A stretch of DNA of 64,000 bases from Bacteroidaceae bacterium (GCA_963624045.1 CAVFNI010000004.1:20931-84930), one strand, 5' to 3'; numbered from the stretch's first letter, positions 50,015 through 59,831 are shown. Translations and numbers: made by a program. The notes: a model not told the origin generated them from the letters alone.

Positions 50015-51207
50015 TGAATTTTGATTTTTCCCTGCAAACTCGGCTTATTTTTGGAAAAGGAAGGGTAAACGAAATTGGCAGAACCCTTTCAGAATATCAC
50101 TTTAAGAAGATTCTTCTCGTTTATGGACGTAGTTCCATCAAAAGAAGCGGACTTTACGATCTTATTGTGAGGCGTTTGAACGAAGAGAAGATAAATTTTC
50201 GTGAACTTAGCGGCATTGCCGCCAATCCCGATGTTTCTTTTGTCAAAGAAGGATTAAAGATAATCAGAGAGGATCCCGTTGATTGCATTCTTGCCGTCGG
50301 CGGCGGGAGCGTTATCGATGTGGCCAAGAGCGTTGCCGTCTCTTATTTTTATGACGGTGATCCTTTCGATTTCAATAATCATAAAGCCGTTCCTACGAAA
50401 GCCTTGCCCGTTGCCGCCGTTTTGACGATCGCTAGTGCTGGTAGCGAAATGAGCGACTCGTGCGTTATAAATAATTACGAGACGAAAGAAAAAAGCGGCT
50501 TTAATTCCTCGTTGGTTCGGCCGTTATTTGCTATCGAAGACCCCATGCTTCTTACGAGCGTGCCTCTTAAGCAAAGGAATGCTGGCATCGTTGACATGAT
50601 GATGCATTCGATGGAACGATATTTTGCTCAAAGCGGCCCTTACCAATTGGCGGATTCCTGGGCCTTAGATATCGTTAAGAACATTAAGGAAGTTGCCCTT
50701 GCCTTAATTAATAACCCTAATGACGAAGAGGCTTTGGAAGCGTTGATGCTTGATTCCTCTTTGGCTCACTCAGGATTAACAAGCATCGGCAAAAAGAGCC
50801 GTTTTGTTGTTCATCCTCTTGAACACGCGATGTCGGCGTTAAAGCCGGAAATAACTCATGGCGATGGCATCGCTGTGGCATATTTGGGGTGGGCAAAATA
50901 CATATATCGAGAAGATTTGCCTAAATTCGCTCGCTTTAGCCGCTATGTTTTTGACGTTTTTGAGGAAAATGATGAGAAAGCCGCTATAATGGGTATCGCG
51001 TCCATGAGCCGCTTCTATCGAGAGCTAGGCGTTCCGACCTCTCTTTCGCGGCTAGGACTTCATCAGGAAGACATTCCTCGTTTAGCCGCCATAGCTACTG
51101 GCAACGGAACACGTGTGATTGGCTGTTGCCCGCGATCACTAAATAAAGAAGACGTTGAGGCCGTTTATCGCTTGTGCCTTGACGATAAAGAGGAGGATTT
51201 CCGATGA
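50011..51207 (+). CDS. iron-containing (group III) alcohol dehydrogenase
   Basis: 398 aa with AVGGGSVIDVAKS and later His-rich metal sites (HSMERYF, HPLEHAMS, HGDGIA). Confidence 0.85.
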   Translation: MMNFDFSLQTRLIFGKGRVNEIGRTLSEYHFKKILLVYGRSSIKRSGLYDLIVRRLNEEKINFRELSGIAANPDVSFVKEGLKIIREDPVDCILAVGGGSVIDVAKSVAVSYFYDGDPFDFNNHKAVPTKALPVAAVLTIASAGSEMSDSCVINNYETKEKSGFNSSLVRPLFAIEDPMLLTSVPLKQRNAGIVDMMMHSMERYFAQSGPYQLADSWALDIVKNIKEVALALINNPNDEEALEALMLDSSLAHSGLTSIGKKSRFVVHPLEHAMSALKPEITHGDGIAVAYLGWAKYIYREDLPKFARFSRYVFDVFEENDEKAAIMGIASMSRFYRELGVPTSLSRLGLHQEDIPRLAAIATGNGTRVIGCCPRSLNKEDVEAVYRLCLDDKEEDFR

Positions 51208-52436
51208 AAAAGAACGATTTAATGGGCTATTTGGTTTATGCCATGATGATTGGCATAGCCGTTGGCGTGGGACTTGGCGTAATCAGGCCTATTTTTAGTA
51301 ATTCTAACTATACCAGCGTGCTACAAGGCAATGTTGGCATGGTCTTCGTCTTGCTTATCGTCATAGGGGCGATAATCTTGACTGCGTTGATGCTAGAAAT
51401 TGGTCACGCCGTTGGAGCAAAGGTCGGAAAATACAAGATTACATCGTGGAATTGCCTTTTCTTCCAATTTAAAAAAGACGAAAAGGGAAAAACCAAATTT
51501 TCATTTGCTAATTACGACGGAATTACTGGCGAAACCAAATACATTCCTTTGAACACGGGAAAGAGTAACCCACGTCACATTATCTATATTCCGCTGGTTT
51601 TCTTTTTGCTAGAAGTTGTCGTTTGTTCCGTCTTAATCGCGCTCGCCGCGGTGTTTTCTCAAAATGATCCCGCTTGGATTTGGGCGCAGATAGTCGGTAT
51701 TGTGACACTAACCGTTGGATGCATGATTTTCTTATACGACATTTTCCCAGCTAATTTGGACGGGAAAAATGATGGCTGTTTGATTCCTGTTTTAAATAAT
51801 GCGATCAACGTCCGTGCTTATAACGAAATGCTTTTGGCTGAAGATTCGATGTCAAAAGGCTTAAAAGCCACTTCTACCCCCGTTTATCAAGAGGTTACCG
51901 ATTTTACTTCGCGCCTTAATGATGTCACCATTTATAATCGTCTTGCCGAAGGTGATTACAAAGGTGCTTTGGAGATAAATGAACTCGCTATCGCTTCGAA
52001 AGATAAGCTCTCCAGAAGGGTCTATAACAATGCCGTAGCGCAAAAGATAGCCATCCATTTATATACCGAAGATATAAATAAGGCGAAGGAGGAATATATC
52101 TCTATTCCTTTGGAAGAAAAGAAATATATAGAGTCCCTATCTTCTGCTCCAGCCGTCCGCGCATACATCCTTGTTAGCGGTCTTATTAACGACTCGATAA
52201 ACGAAACAAAAACCGCCATGGATCACGCTGACTCCGCCATTAAAGCGTCCGGCGAAGACAAACGGAAAGTCGAAGAAAGGCTCATGCGTTTTGCCGTTAA
52301 AAAGGTTATCTCAGTCCACCCAGATTGGGATTTCGACGAATACAAAGACGCGTTTATCGTTGACAATAAAAATGCCGTTTCTGAAGCTAAGGAAAACGAG
52401 GCGGAAAATAATAACGAAGAAGGCTCTCGAAAATAA
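51204..52436 (+). CDS. membrane protein with S2P/M50-like motifs (LEIGH and FPxxLDG) and a helical C-terminal domain
   Basis: 410 aa. A TM segment ends in MLEIGHAVGA, where S2P proteases carry HExxH. A later TM carries DIFPANLDGKNDG, where S2P proteases carry NxxPxxxLDG. The C-terminal 200 aa or so are soluble, helical and repeat-like. Confidence 0.45.
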   Translation: MKKNDLMGYLVYAMMIGIAVGVGLGVIRPIFSNSNYTSVLQGNVGMVFVLLIVIGAIILTALMLEIGHAVGAKVGKYKITSWNCLFFQFKKDEKGKTKFSFANYDGITGETKYIPLNTGKSNPRHIIYIPLVFFLLEVVVCSVLIALAAVFSQNDPAWIWAQIVGIVTLTVGCMIFLYDIFPANLDGKNDGCLIPVLNNAINVRAYNEMLLAEDSMSKGLKATSTPVYQEVTDFTSRLNDVTIYNRLAEGDYKGALEINELAIASKDKLSRRVYNNAVAQKIAIHLYTEDINKAKEEYISIPLEEKKYIESLSSAPAVRAYILVSGLINDSINETKTAMDHADSAIKASGEDKRKVEERLMRFAVKKVISVHPDWDFDEYKDAFIVDNKNAVSEAKENEAENNNEEGSRK

Positions 52437-52486
52437 ACAAAAAAGTTGGCGGTTCGCCATTTGCTAAAAAATCAAGTGTAAAGAAA

Positions 52487-52516
52487 ACGGGGCGGTAAAT
52501 TCCGCTCCGTTTTTTT
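52487..52516. terminator. bidirectional rho-independent terminator between convergent genes
   Basis: ACGGGGCGG-taaatt-CCGCTCCGT stem (one G-U pair) followed by TTTTTTT, with an A-rich 5' flank. The T-tract overlaps the stop codon of the minus-strand gene. Confidence 0.8.
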
Positions 52517-53129
52517 AGTGTTTCCAAAAGGAACGATATAAGTCGCTAGTTAAGAGTTTAGAAGCGACTTTGTTGGGGAATTTTTCCGCCATCTCCATTA
52601 CGTCCACAGCGCTTAAATGCTCGCGTCTTACGTAATTGGCTAAAATTGAATATTGTTCTTTGATTTTGCTAATTGGAGACATTGATATATAGGATAAAAA
52701 AGCAACCAACGACGCGTTATATTTATTGATTTCGACATAGGGCTTACGAATGGTGAAGCGCTTACCAAACATATAGACGGTTTTCTTGCCGCTGGTGGCG
52801 CGATTGCTCATGATTTCGATTTGATCATCTGAGGTCGGCTCAACGTCGTTAATGGCCATCAAGAAATTATCGCCAGTGTAAAAGCCATAGACCTTATCGG
52901 CACGCCTTAAATACCGCAATTCGATTGCTTTAGATAACAATGGTTCCTCGCCGTTTGGCAAATAATAAATGCCGTATGAGAAACGCTCGATCGATTTATT
53001 CCTTGTCAATTTAAGAAGTTCTTTTTTGGCGACAGCGTCCGACATATATCCAGGCACCACGTCTGACATCATAAAGAGTTCGCCGGGTTCGAATTTAGCT
53101 TTGATTTGAGATAGGATGTCCGACTTCAT
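52515..53129 (-). CDS. AbiEi_4/DUF6088-like winged-helix protein (solo)
   Basis: MKSDILSQIKAKFEPGELFMMSDV...AVAKKELLKLTRNKSIERFSYGIYYLP fits the N-terminal AbiEi-type wHTH pattern. The ATG is at 53127-53129; the track start at 53147 is TTG. Confidence 0.45.
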   Translation of the reverse strand: MKSDILSQIKAKFEPGELFMMSDVVPGYMSDAVAKKELLKLTRNKSIERFSYGIYYLPNGEEPLLSKAIELRYLRRADKVYGFYTGDNFLMAINDVEPTSDDQIEIMSNRATSGKKTVYMFGKRFTIRKPYVEINKYNASLVAFLSYISMSPISKIKEQYSILANYVRREHLSAVDVMEMAEKFPNKVASKLLTSDLYRSFWKH

Positions 53130-53379
53130 AATCGAATTATAACACAACCAATAAAAAAGGTAAAAATATTTTTATTTAAAAAGAAAATTTCGATTAAACC
53201 TACTGTTTTTTGTTAATTTTTTTTCAAAAATTACTTGATGAGGTGTTTATGAGCGTTTTTTCTAGAACACCTAATTACTAATAAACGATGGCGATCACGC
53301 CAAACCATCTTTGTCGTTCTTTTCTTTTCATTTTTCTTTCGTACGAAAGCCTTGACTGCGTTATCGAAAAATCAGTCAA

Positions 53380-53403
53380 AGAAAAAACCGGCCGAAGCCG
53401 GTT
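53380..53403 (-). terminator. rho-independent terminator of pmbA
   Basis: The minus-strand RNA reads AACCGGC-uucg-GCCGGUU followed by UUUUCUUU. Confidence 0.8.
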
Positions 53404-53425
53404 TAGAACTTGTGACGAGATGACG

Positions 53426-54748
53426 CTACTTGCCGCCGATATTCATGCTCTTGATATACACGTCAGCGACAGAGAAGGAGCTTGGCAGAAGCTTAAGGTT
53501 CTTATCAAAGCCCTTGATGTCCTTAAGCATTTTTAAGAGGTTCCCTGAAAGAGTGATAAGGGAGAGCGGGCGATCGATTTTGCCATCCTTAATCAAGAAG
53601 CCTTCCGCTTGGCAAGAGAAGTCTCCGCTCCGCGGGTTGATGCCGGTCCCAAGCCCGGCGATGTCAGTGATGTAAACGCCGTTCCCTACTTCTTTGACCA
53701 GTTCGTCGAAACCGATTTTTCCAGGCTTTACAAAGATGTTGGAATATGAGATTCCGATCTTGCTTCCCTCGAACGATCCATTACCCGTGGATTCGACTCC
53801 AAATTTCTTGGCCGTTCGGCGGTTATGAAGGTAGGTTAGAAGACGTCCATTGTTGACGATGTTTTTATTGGTCTTTGCAACCCCCTCTGCATCGAAATAA
53901 GAGAAGTGGACGTTCTTGTCGAGAGGCCTTTCGGAAATGCTTAATTTGCTAGAAGCGATTTTCTCGCCGACTTTGCCTTCCAAAAGACTGGAATGCTTCT
54001 CTACTTCGTCAGCTGATAGCTGAGAGATGAAATAATCTAAGATATCGGCAAAGACGTCGCTTTTGATGATGGTGGGGTATTTGCCGCTATCGCATGGTTC
54101 TCCGCCGAATTTCGCGAGAGCTTCCTCGGCCGCCTTTTTTGCGAAGTCTTCGATATCAAATTTATCTGGGTCACAATCAAGGAAGAAGTTTCCTCCCGTT
54201 TTCACTTGGTCTCCTTCCTTGGCAACGACCTCTGCGTAGATATAGAAATAATTGCTTTTTTGTTTGAGTTTCAAACCATGAGAGTTGTAAAGTTCGCTGG
54301 AAAGAATTCTTTCTTGGAAGGTGACCGTAGGAACATCGTTGATCCTCTTGTCGAAGGCTAAAAGACGCTCCTCGATTTGTTTGGCTGTTTCTATCTTCTT
54401 TTCGAGGGGCCATTCATCAAGTTTTTTGCAGTAGACGTTCTTTTTGTGGTATTTCTTGCTCCCCTCATAGAAATCCAAGAAATCCTCGTTTTCATTTATA
54501 GAGGCGCTTTCTTTGATGGCATTGACTAAGAAAGGGAAGTTGGAGCGATCGATTTTTTCGGTCGTAACCGCTCCGCATCTTCCGTTATAAACACCCATAG
54601 CCAATAGGTTTTGTGTGTCAGCCACGCTATAGCCTTCGATATCCTTGTGATAGACCTTAAAGGATAATTTTGAACTTTTTGATACAAAGACTTGAACGGA
54701 CGAAAGACCGTTGGCCTCGCCGTATTCGATAAATTTCGCGATGTTCAT
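53426..54748 (-). CDS. pmbA: TldE/PmbA metalloprotease subunit
   Basis: 440 aa paralogue of the upstream TldD, lacking HExxxH. It has a 4-nt overlap with tldD. Confidence 0.85.
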   Translation of the reverse strand: MNIAKFIEYGEANGLSSVQVFVSKSSKLSFKVYHKDIEGYSVADTQNLLAMGVYNGRCGAVTTEKIDRSNFPFLVNAIKESASINENEDFLDFYEGSKKYHKKNVYCKKLDEWPLEKKIETAKQIEERLLAFDKRINDVPTVTFQERILSSELYNSHGLKLKQKSNYFYIYAEVVAKEGDQVKTGGNFFLDCDPDKFDIEDFAKKAAEEALAKFGGEPCDSGKYPTIIKSDVFADILDYFISQLSADEVEKHSSLLEGKVGEKIASSKLSISERPLDKNVHFSYFDAEGVAKTNKNIVNNGRLLTYLHNRRTAKKFGVESTGNGSFEGSKIGISYSNIFVKPGKIGFDELVKEVGNGVYITDIAGLGTGINPRSGDFSCQAEGFLIKDGKIDRPLSLITLSGNLLKMLKDIKGFDKNLKLLPSSFSVADVYIKSMNIGGK

Positions 54749-56151
54749 TCTAGTTTTCCTCCTCTGCCCCCGACGGTTATTTCTTTTATTCTTATTGTTG
54801 GCTGTCCGACATTAACGGGAACAAGCCCCGATGCCGAGCCGCACATACCTTGACCTAAATCGACATCGTTACCAACGCGGTCGATATTCATAAGGACTTC
54901 TTTGCCGGAGCCGATCAAGGTGCAGCCCTTGACCATTTCAGCCACCTTTCCATCTCTTATGATATAAGCTTCGCTAGCGGAGAAATTGAATTCGCCAGTG
55001 GTGGGCTGAACGCTGCCGCCACCGAAATTGGTCACATATATTCCAAGAGCGGTGTCTTTAATGATGTCTTCGGGATTATCTTTCCCAGCGGCAATATATG
55101 TATTGCTCATACGAGAAGTCGGCTCATAGCGATAATTTTGTCTTCGCGAGCAGCCGTTGGCTTCCATGTGCAAGCGGCGTCCGTTGAATTTGTCGACCAA
55201 GAAAGAGACGCACACACCATCTTTTATCAATTGGTTATTTTGCGTAACGTGTCCTTCGCTATCGATGTTGTTGGAACCCCATTCGTTAGGCAATGTTCCA
55301 TCATCAAAGGCGCTTACAATGGGGCTAGCGATTTGTTTGCCAATCGAATCGCTAAATACACTTAATCCTTTGGCGGTGCTGGTGGCTTCGAGGCTATGTC
55401 CGCAAGCTTCGTGGAAGATAACCCCGCCCCAGCCGTTGGCGATAACGACCGGATAACGGCCGCTTGGGCATTCTTTGGCGCTCAAGGTGGCGATGGCCTT
55501 TTCTCCTGTTTGTTGAGCTAATTTTCGCCAATCGAGTTCGTCTTTGAAGTAGTGCCAGCCATCATAACGCCCTGGCGCCGAGAAAGCGGTCTCGATCTTT
55601 CCTTCCTCCGAAGCCACAGCGACCATGGCCAAACGAGCCCGGTCTTCGCCATTCTTATAATGCTTAGCTTCGCTCCCCTCGGCGTTATATATTTCGATCT
55701 TTTTTGAATTTATAGAGAAGGAGTCGATGATTCTAACAAGTCTTTTATCGACTTCCGCGGTTATTTTTGCCGCCTCCTTTAAGAGTGACACTTTTTCATC
55801 TAAAGGAACGTCGATAACCGGATCTTTTATTTTATTTATGACTTTGACTTTGACGTTGGCAATCGATTTTACTTCGATTTGTCTATCGCCAACGAATGAG
55901 GCTGATAGTTTATGAGCTAAAGCGAGTAAAGATTTTGACGACAGGTCGCTTGTGTAGCCATAAACGCTTTTGAGGTCTTTGAGGATTCTTATGCCGGCGC
56001 CGTACGATTGATTTTTGGTGACGGAATCAACCTTTCCGTTTTCTAACGAGATGTTTTGCGAGATGTTGTCTTCTAGGTATATTTCCGCGTAATCGCCGCC
56101 CGTTGCCAGCGATTCGTTTAATACCTGCGTTGCTAGTTTATTTGAAATCAT
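54745..56151 (-). CDS. tldD: TldD metalloprotease subunit
   Basis: HEACGHSLE zinc motif and the C-terminal GMCG.ASG..PV region. The ATG is at 56149-56151 (MISNKLATQVL). Confidence 0.88.
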   Translation of the reverse strand: MISNKLATQVLNESLATGGDYAEIYLEDNISQNISLENGKVDSVTKNQSYGAGIRILKDLKSVYGYTSDLSSKSLLALAHKLSASFVGDRQIEVKSIANVKVKVINKIKDPVIDVPLDEKVSLLKEAAKITAEVDKRLVRIIDSFSINSKKIEIYNAEGSEAKHYKNGEDRARLAMVAVASEEGKIETAFSAPGRYDGWHYFKDELDWRKLAQQTGEKAIATLSAKECPSGRYPVVIANGWGGVIFHEACGHSLEATSTAKGLSVFSDSIGKQIASPIVSAFDDGTLPNEWGSNNIDSEGHVTQNNQLIKDGVCVSFLVDKFNGRRLHMEANGCSRRQNYRYEPTSRMSNTYIAAGKDNPEDIIKDTALGIYVTNFGGGSVQPTTGEFNFSASEAYIIRDGKVAEMVKGCTLIGSGKEVLMNIDRVGNDVDLGQGMCGSASGLVPVNVGQPTIRIKEITVGGRGGKLE

Positions 56152-56295
56152 ATTAAACCACCTTTCTGGCGTGACACTAGCACACGCGCTCGCGTATTTC
56201 ACTAATTAATCTCGCGTATTTTTGCTTTTCGGACGAGAAGGATGGAAAATATGTTGCTGCCTTTTGTTGGGCACTATAAAACGAAAGGGGACAAT

Positions 56296-56886
56296 ATGGC
56301 CAAATTGTTTTATCAAGGACACGCTTCTTTTCGGATTACCACGAACGATAAAACGACAATTTTCATCGATCCATATGCGGGGGTCGGATATCAAACGCCA
56401 GCAGATTTGGTGCTTATCACGCATGAGCATTATGACCATAACGATATTGCCAAAATAAATCTAAAACCCGATGGGATAGTGATTCGGGCGAAAGACGCAT
56501 TGATTAATGGTATTTACCATTCGTTTTTAGAAAAAAACGTCGAAATCCAAGCAGTTCCTGCATATAATTCGCATCACAAACGCGAAGAATGTGTCGGATA
56601 CATTCTAAAATTTGACGGCATTGTCCTTTATCATGCCGGCGACACCGACCTTATACCGGAGATGTCCGAATTAAAGAAAGAGAACATCGATTATGCGTTA
56701 TTGCCCATTGACGGGTTTTACACGATGACGCCTGAAGCGGCTACAGAAGCGGCGAACATTATTGCGCCTAAACATATGATACCGATGCACATGAAACCAG
56801 GGATGTTATGGGATTATCATCAGGCGATGAAAGTTACTGCCCCGATGGCGATGCTAATGAGACCTAACGATAACATTGAGTTATAG
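56296..56886 (+). CDS. MBL-fold metal-dependent hydrolase (UPF0173-like)
   Basis: MAKLFYQGHASFRITT...LITHEHYDHND (HxHxDH motif). The ATG follows a GGGGA Shine-Dalgarno-like sequence. Confidence 0.78.
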   Translation: MAKLFYQGHASFRITTNDKTTIFIDPYAGVGYQTPADLVLITHEHYDHNDIAKINLKPDGIVIRAKDALINGIYHSFLEKNVEIQAVPAYNSHHKREECVGYILKFDGIVLYHAGDTDLIPEMSELKKENIDYALLPIDGFYTMTPEAATEAANIIAPKHMIPMHMKPGMLWDYHQAMKVTAPMAMLMRPNDNIEL

Positions 56887-56894
56887 GAGTAGTT

Positions 56895-57410
56895 ATGGAA
56901 GCATTAAAAATCTTAAGAAGAATTGCCTATTATTTGCTCTTTATCGTCGCTTCGACCTTGTTTTTCAAGGAACTCGTTTCATTGGCGCTTGTAACTTATA
57001 CGGAAGCTTGGGAGACCTTCAGCTACGAATTGCTCTTAAATAAAATCTACCTTCCCGTCCTATATGCGACGATATGCCTCGCTTTAGCTTTGTTGACGCA
57101 GGGCATTTTGATTGGCCGCCCCCGCGAAGTTGAGACTAGCGTTTATCCATGGACTTTGATTATTTATTTTGGGATTGGGCTAGTTTCCGCCATTATAATT
57201 TTGGCTATTGGGCTTGTTAAAATACCAGATGAGCCAAGTAATAAAAATCCGTTTTTTCTTGTAATTCCCCTCTCGATTGCCATTTTATTTACGGCTGCCG
57301 AGGTGCTATGGGGAACGCTATTTTTATTTCGAGAAAAGAAGAAAGAGAGATTAGCTGATAAAGAAAAAGAGAAAACGGACGGTGGTGTTGATCTCCATAA
57401 ATCCGAATGA
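56895..57410 (+). CDS. hypothetical membrane protein
   Basis: 171 aa with four hydrophobic segments, a lysine/glutamate-rich tail and an AGGAG Shine-Dalgarno sequence. No family was recognised. Confidence 0.5.
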   Translation: MEALKILRRIAYYLLFIVASTLFFKELVSLALVTYTEAWETFSYELLLNKIYLPVLYATICLALALLTQGILIGRPREVETSVYPWTLIIYFGIGLVSAIIILAIGLVKIPDEPSNKNPFFLVIPLSIAILFTAAEVLWGTLFLFREKKKERLADKEKEKTDGGVDLHKSE

Positions 57411-57520
57411 GCGTTTGTCGACCTTTCCGAAATCGTTTGCCAAAGGCCTTTCGATGGGGTAGGATATCACCCGTATCTCTCTTAGCTATGGATTTAGCTA
57501 GGCGAAAGGAGTAAAGAAAA

Positions 57521-57736
57521 ATGAAAAAAGACATCCACCCCGAGTACCACAAATGCACTGTTACCTGCATTAGCTGTGGGAACACCTTCGAAACCGGTTC
57601 GACCTTGAAGGAAATCAAAGTTGAAACTTGCTCGAATTGCCATCCTTTCTACACCGGCAAGCAACGCACCGCCACAGCCGACGGCCGCATCGACAAATTC
57701 AACAAACGTCTCGCCAAAGCTCAAACGAAAAAATAA
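57521..57736 (+). CDS. rpmE: 50S ribosomal protein L31 (Cys-containing, zinc-binding type)
   Basis: MKKDIHPEY...CISCGNTF...[12 protein letters not shown], with an AAAGGAG Shine-Dalgarno sequence. Confidence 0.92.
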   Translation: MKKDIHPEYHKCTVTCISCGNTFETGSTLKEIKVETCSNCHPFYTGKQRTATADGRIDKFNKRLAKAQTKK

Positions 57737-57757
57737 GTCTCAGAAATCGTTTATAGC

Positions 57758-57778
57758 GCCTCCTTCGGGAGGCTTTTT
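57758..57778 (+). terminator. rho-independent terminator of rpmE
   Basis: GCCTCC-ttcg-GGAGGC stem followed by TTTTT. Confidence 0.85.
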
Positions 57779-57926
57779 CGTTCGTTTCAACACATTGATC
57801 ATCTTTGTTGTGGTGGCTCTTCATGATGCTGACTTCGACAAAACGGGATAAATTTGTTATCATAAGCGTAGTGCGGTTGAGATTTATGGTGAATTGACTG
57901 CTTATTTTTCGTGGCGAGGTGAAGGT

Positions 57927-58958
57927 ATGAACTTAGAAAAGAAAATGAAAATGTATTCCATGCTCAAAAGCATCTCCCTAGTGCTTCTAGGTTGTCTTAT
58001 TCTTGCTTTGGCTGACGCTTTATTCATTATGCCTTGCAAAATCGTTAACGGCGGTATCGATTCATTGGGTGTAATTTTGAATTATTTTTTCAAAGACAAA
58101 ATCGGTTTTGACATTAGCGACATCACTATCGCTGTCATTCAAATTATTCTTTGGATATTGGGCCTATTGTTCTTAGGCAAGAAATTTTCTGTCTATACTC
58201 TTTTGGGAACGTTGGCTTTCCCTGGCTTTTATTCAATCTTTTTGCGCATCGATCTCGCGGGACTACTAAAAATCACCGATTTCTATGCTAGGCATATGAC
58301 GGCGGGGGAACTAGATTTTTCTGTTTTGCTTGCATCGGGGCTTTTTGGCGGCATTCTAAGTGGCGCCGGGGTGGCTATCACATATCTTGGTGATGGGTCG
58401 ACGGGTGGGACCGATATCTTGGCTTTTCTCATCGCCAAATATACAAGAATTAAACAGGACGTCGGCGGCTTATTCTTAGATACCATGATGATTGTGCTAG
58501 GGTTAGTTTGTTTGCAAAGTTGGGAACTCGCCTTGTCTGGCATCGTAAGCGCGATGGTGGCTGCTTTCGCGATTCGCATTATCTATGTTCAAAACGACAA
58601 CCCCGTTATTATGGATATTATCAGCGATTCGCCCGAACCAATTATGGATTTTATCCATGAGAAGCTTGATCATGCGACGACGCTTATCGAGATCGAAGGC
58701 GGATATACTGGAGAGAAGAAAAAGTGCGTCCGTTCAGTTGTTTACGGTACCGAAGCTAAGGACGTTCGCGCTTTCGTTTCGTCAGTCGACAAAGACGCTT
58801 TCATCACCACTTCGGTGGCTTCCAATATCAGCGGAGAGGGTTTTGAGCCATTATATTTTTCCCCTCGTTCGTTAAAGAGGGTTTTGCATAGCTACGGCAT
58901 TAAAACCAAAGACGAAATTAAAAAGGAAAAGGAATTGAAAAAATCGCAAAAAGAATAG
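57927..58958 (+). CDS. YitT-family membrane protein (DUF2179 C-terminal domain)
   Basis: Polytopic N-terminus with GGIDSLG and GGTDILA motifs, and a soluble C-terminal domain (ATTLIEIEGGYTGEKK...FITT). The ATG at 57927 follows a GAGGTGAAGG Shine-Dalgarno sequence. Confidence 0.8.
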   Translation: MNLEKKMKMYSMLKSISLVLLGCLILALADALFIMPCKIVNGGIDSLGVILNYFFKDKIGFDISDITIAVIQIILWILGLLFLGKKFSVYTLLGTLAFPGFYSIFLRIDLAGLLKITDFYARHMTAGELDFSVLLASGLFGGILSGAGVAITYLGDGSTGGTDILAFLIAKYTRIKQDVGGLFLDTMMIVLGLVCLQSWELALSGIVSAMVAAFAIRIIYVQNDNPVIMDIISDSPEPIMDFIHEKLDHATTLIEIEGGYTGEKKKCVRSVVYGTEAKDVRAFVSSVDKDAFITTSVASNISGEGFEPLYFSPRSLKRVLHSYGIKTKDEIKKEKELKKSQKE

Positions 58959-58982
58959 CAAAAACCCATCGAAATAAAATAA

Positions 58983-59750
58983 TTACTCGCTTGTAATCTC
59001 AATAAATTGGGTATTTGGATAAGCTAATTTATATTCATCTCCGACCTTGGCGTTGGTGATGACGGTTGATACGTCGCTAATGTCGCAAGTGTGTGCTAGA
59101 GATTTCTTTCCGAATTTGGTTTCGTCAACTAAAACGATCGAAGACGAAGAATTCGCTATCATGATTTTCTTAAGGCGCGATTGTTCTTCGGTTAATTCGC
59201 TTAATCCGAATTGTGGATCGATGCCAGAGGTGCTCATGATGCATAAGGAAGCGTGATAGCTTTTAAGCATATCTTCGGTGTTGCTGCCTAGCACGCTATT
59301 GGTGGAAGGCTTGATGCGGCCGCCTAAGAGAATGACGTCGTGTTTTGTTTTGGTGATCAATTCATTAGCGATAATCAGACCGTTTGTGATGATTAATATA
59401 TTTTTGATTTGCGCAAGCAATGTGACGAGTTGCAAACAAGTGGAGCTGCTGTCTAAAAAGATTGCGCTATTGGGTTTGATATATTGGGCAGCCGCTTTCG
59501 CCAAGGCCCGCTTGCCTTTCAGATTTTCCTTTTCCCTCAAGAAAAAAGAGGAATCTTCGATTGCGCTGTCGCTTCTTAAAATGGCGCCGCCGAAGGTTCT
59601 GACGATCAATCCTTTTTGTTCCATTCGCGATAAGTCGCGGCGGATGGTGGATTCTGAGGCATGTAAAAGAGTGGAGAGATCGTAGACGGTGCAGGATTTT
59701 TTCTCTTTGAGCAAATCGAGGATTTGACTCATTCGTTCAACGTCAAGCAT
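58983..59750 (-). CDS. DeoR-family transcriptional regulator
   Basis: RMSQILDLLKEKKSCTVYDLSTLLHASESTIRRDLSRMEQKGL HTH plus a C-terminal sugar-phosphate sensor domain. The first ATG is at 59748-59750; the track start is TTG. Confidence 0.85.
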   Translation of the reverse strand: MLDVERMSQILDLLKEKKSCTVYDLSTLLHASESTIRRDLSRMEQKGLIVRTFGGAILRSDSAIEDSSFFLREKENLKGKRALAKAAAQYIKPNSAIFLDSSSTCLQLVTLLAQIKNILIITNGLIIANELITKTKHDVILLGGRIKPSTNSVLGSNTEDMLKSYHASLCIMSTSGIDPQFGLSELTEEQSRLKKIMIANSSSSIVLVDETKFGKKSLAHTCDISDVSTVITNAKVGDEYKLAYPNTQFIEITSE

Positions 59751-59831
59751 GCAATGAATTATGTGCGGGTTATTCTCTTTTTGCAATGAACGCGAATCTT
59801 AGGCGTGCAGTCATGGCGACATTAACGTTTG

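Noticed and set aside
53288-53536. An 82-aa plus-strand ORF spanning the pmbA terminator and the pmbA 3' end.
   Set aside because: It overlaps a well-supported gene and its terminator. It has no Shine-Dalgarno sequence and no recognisable motif.
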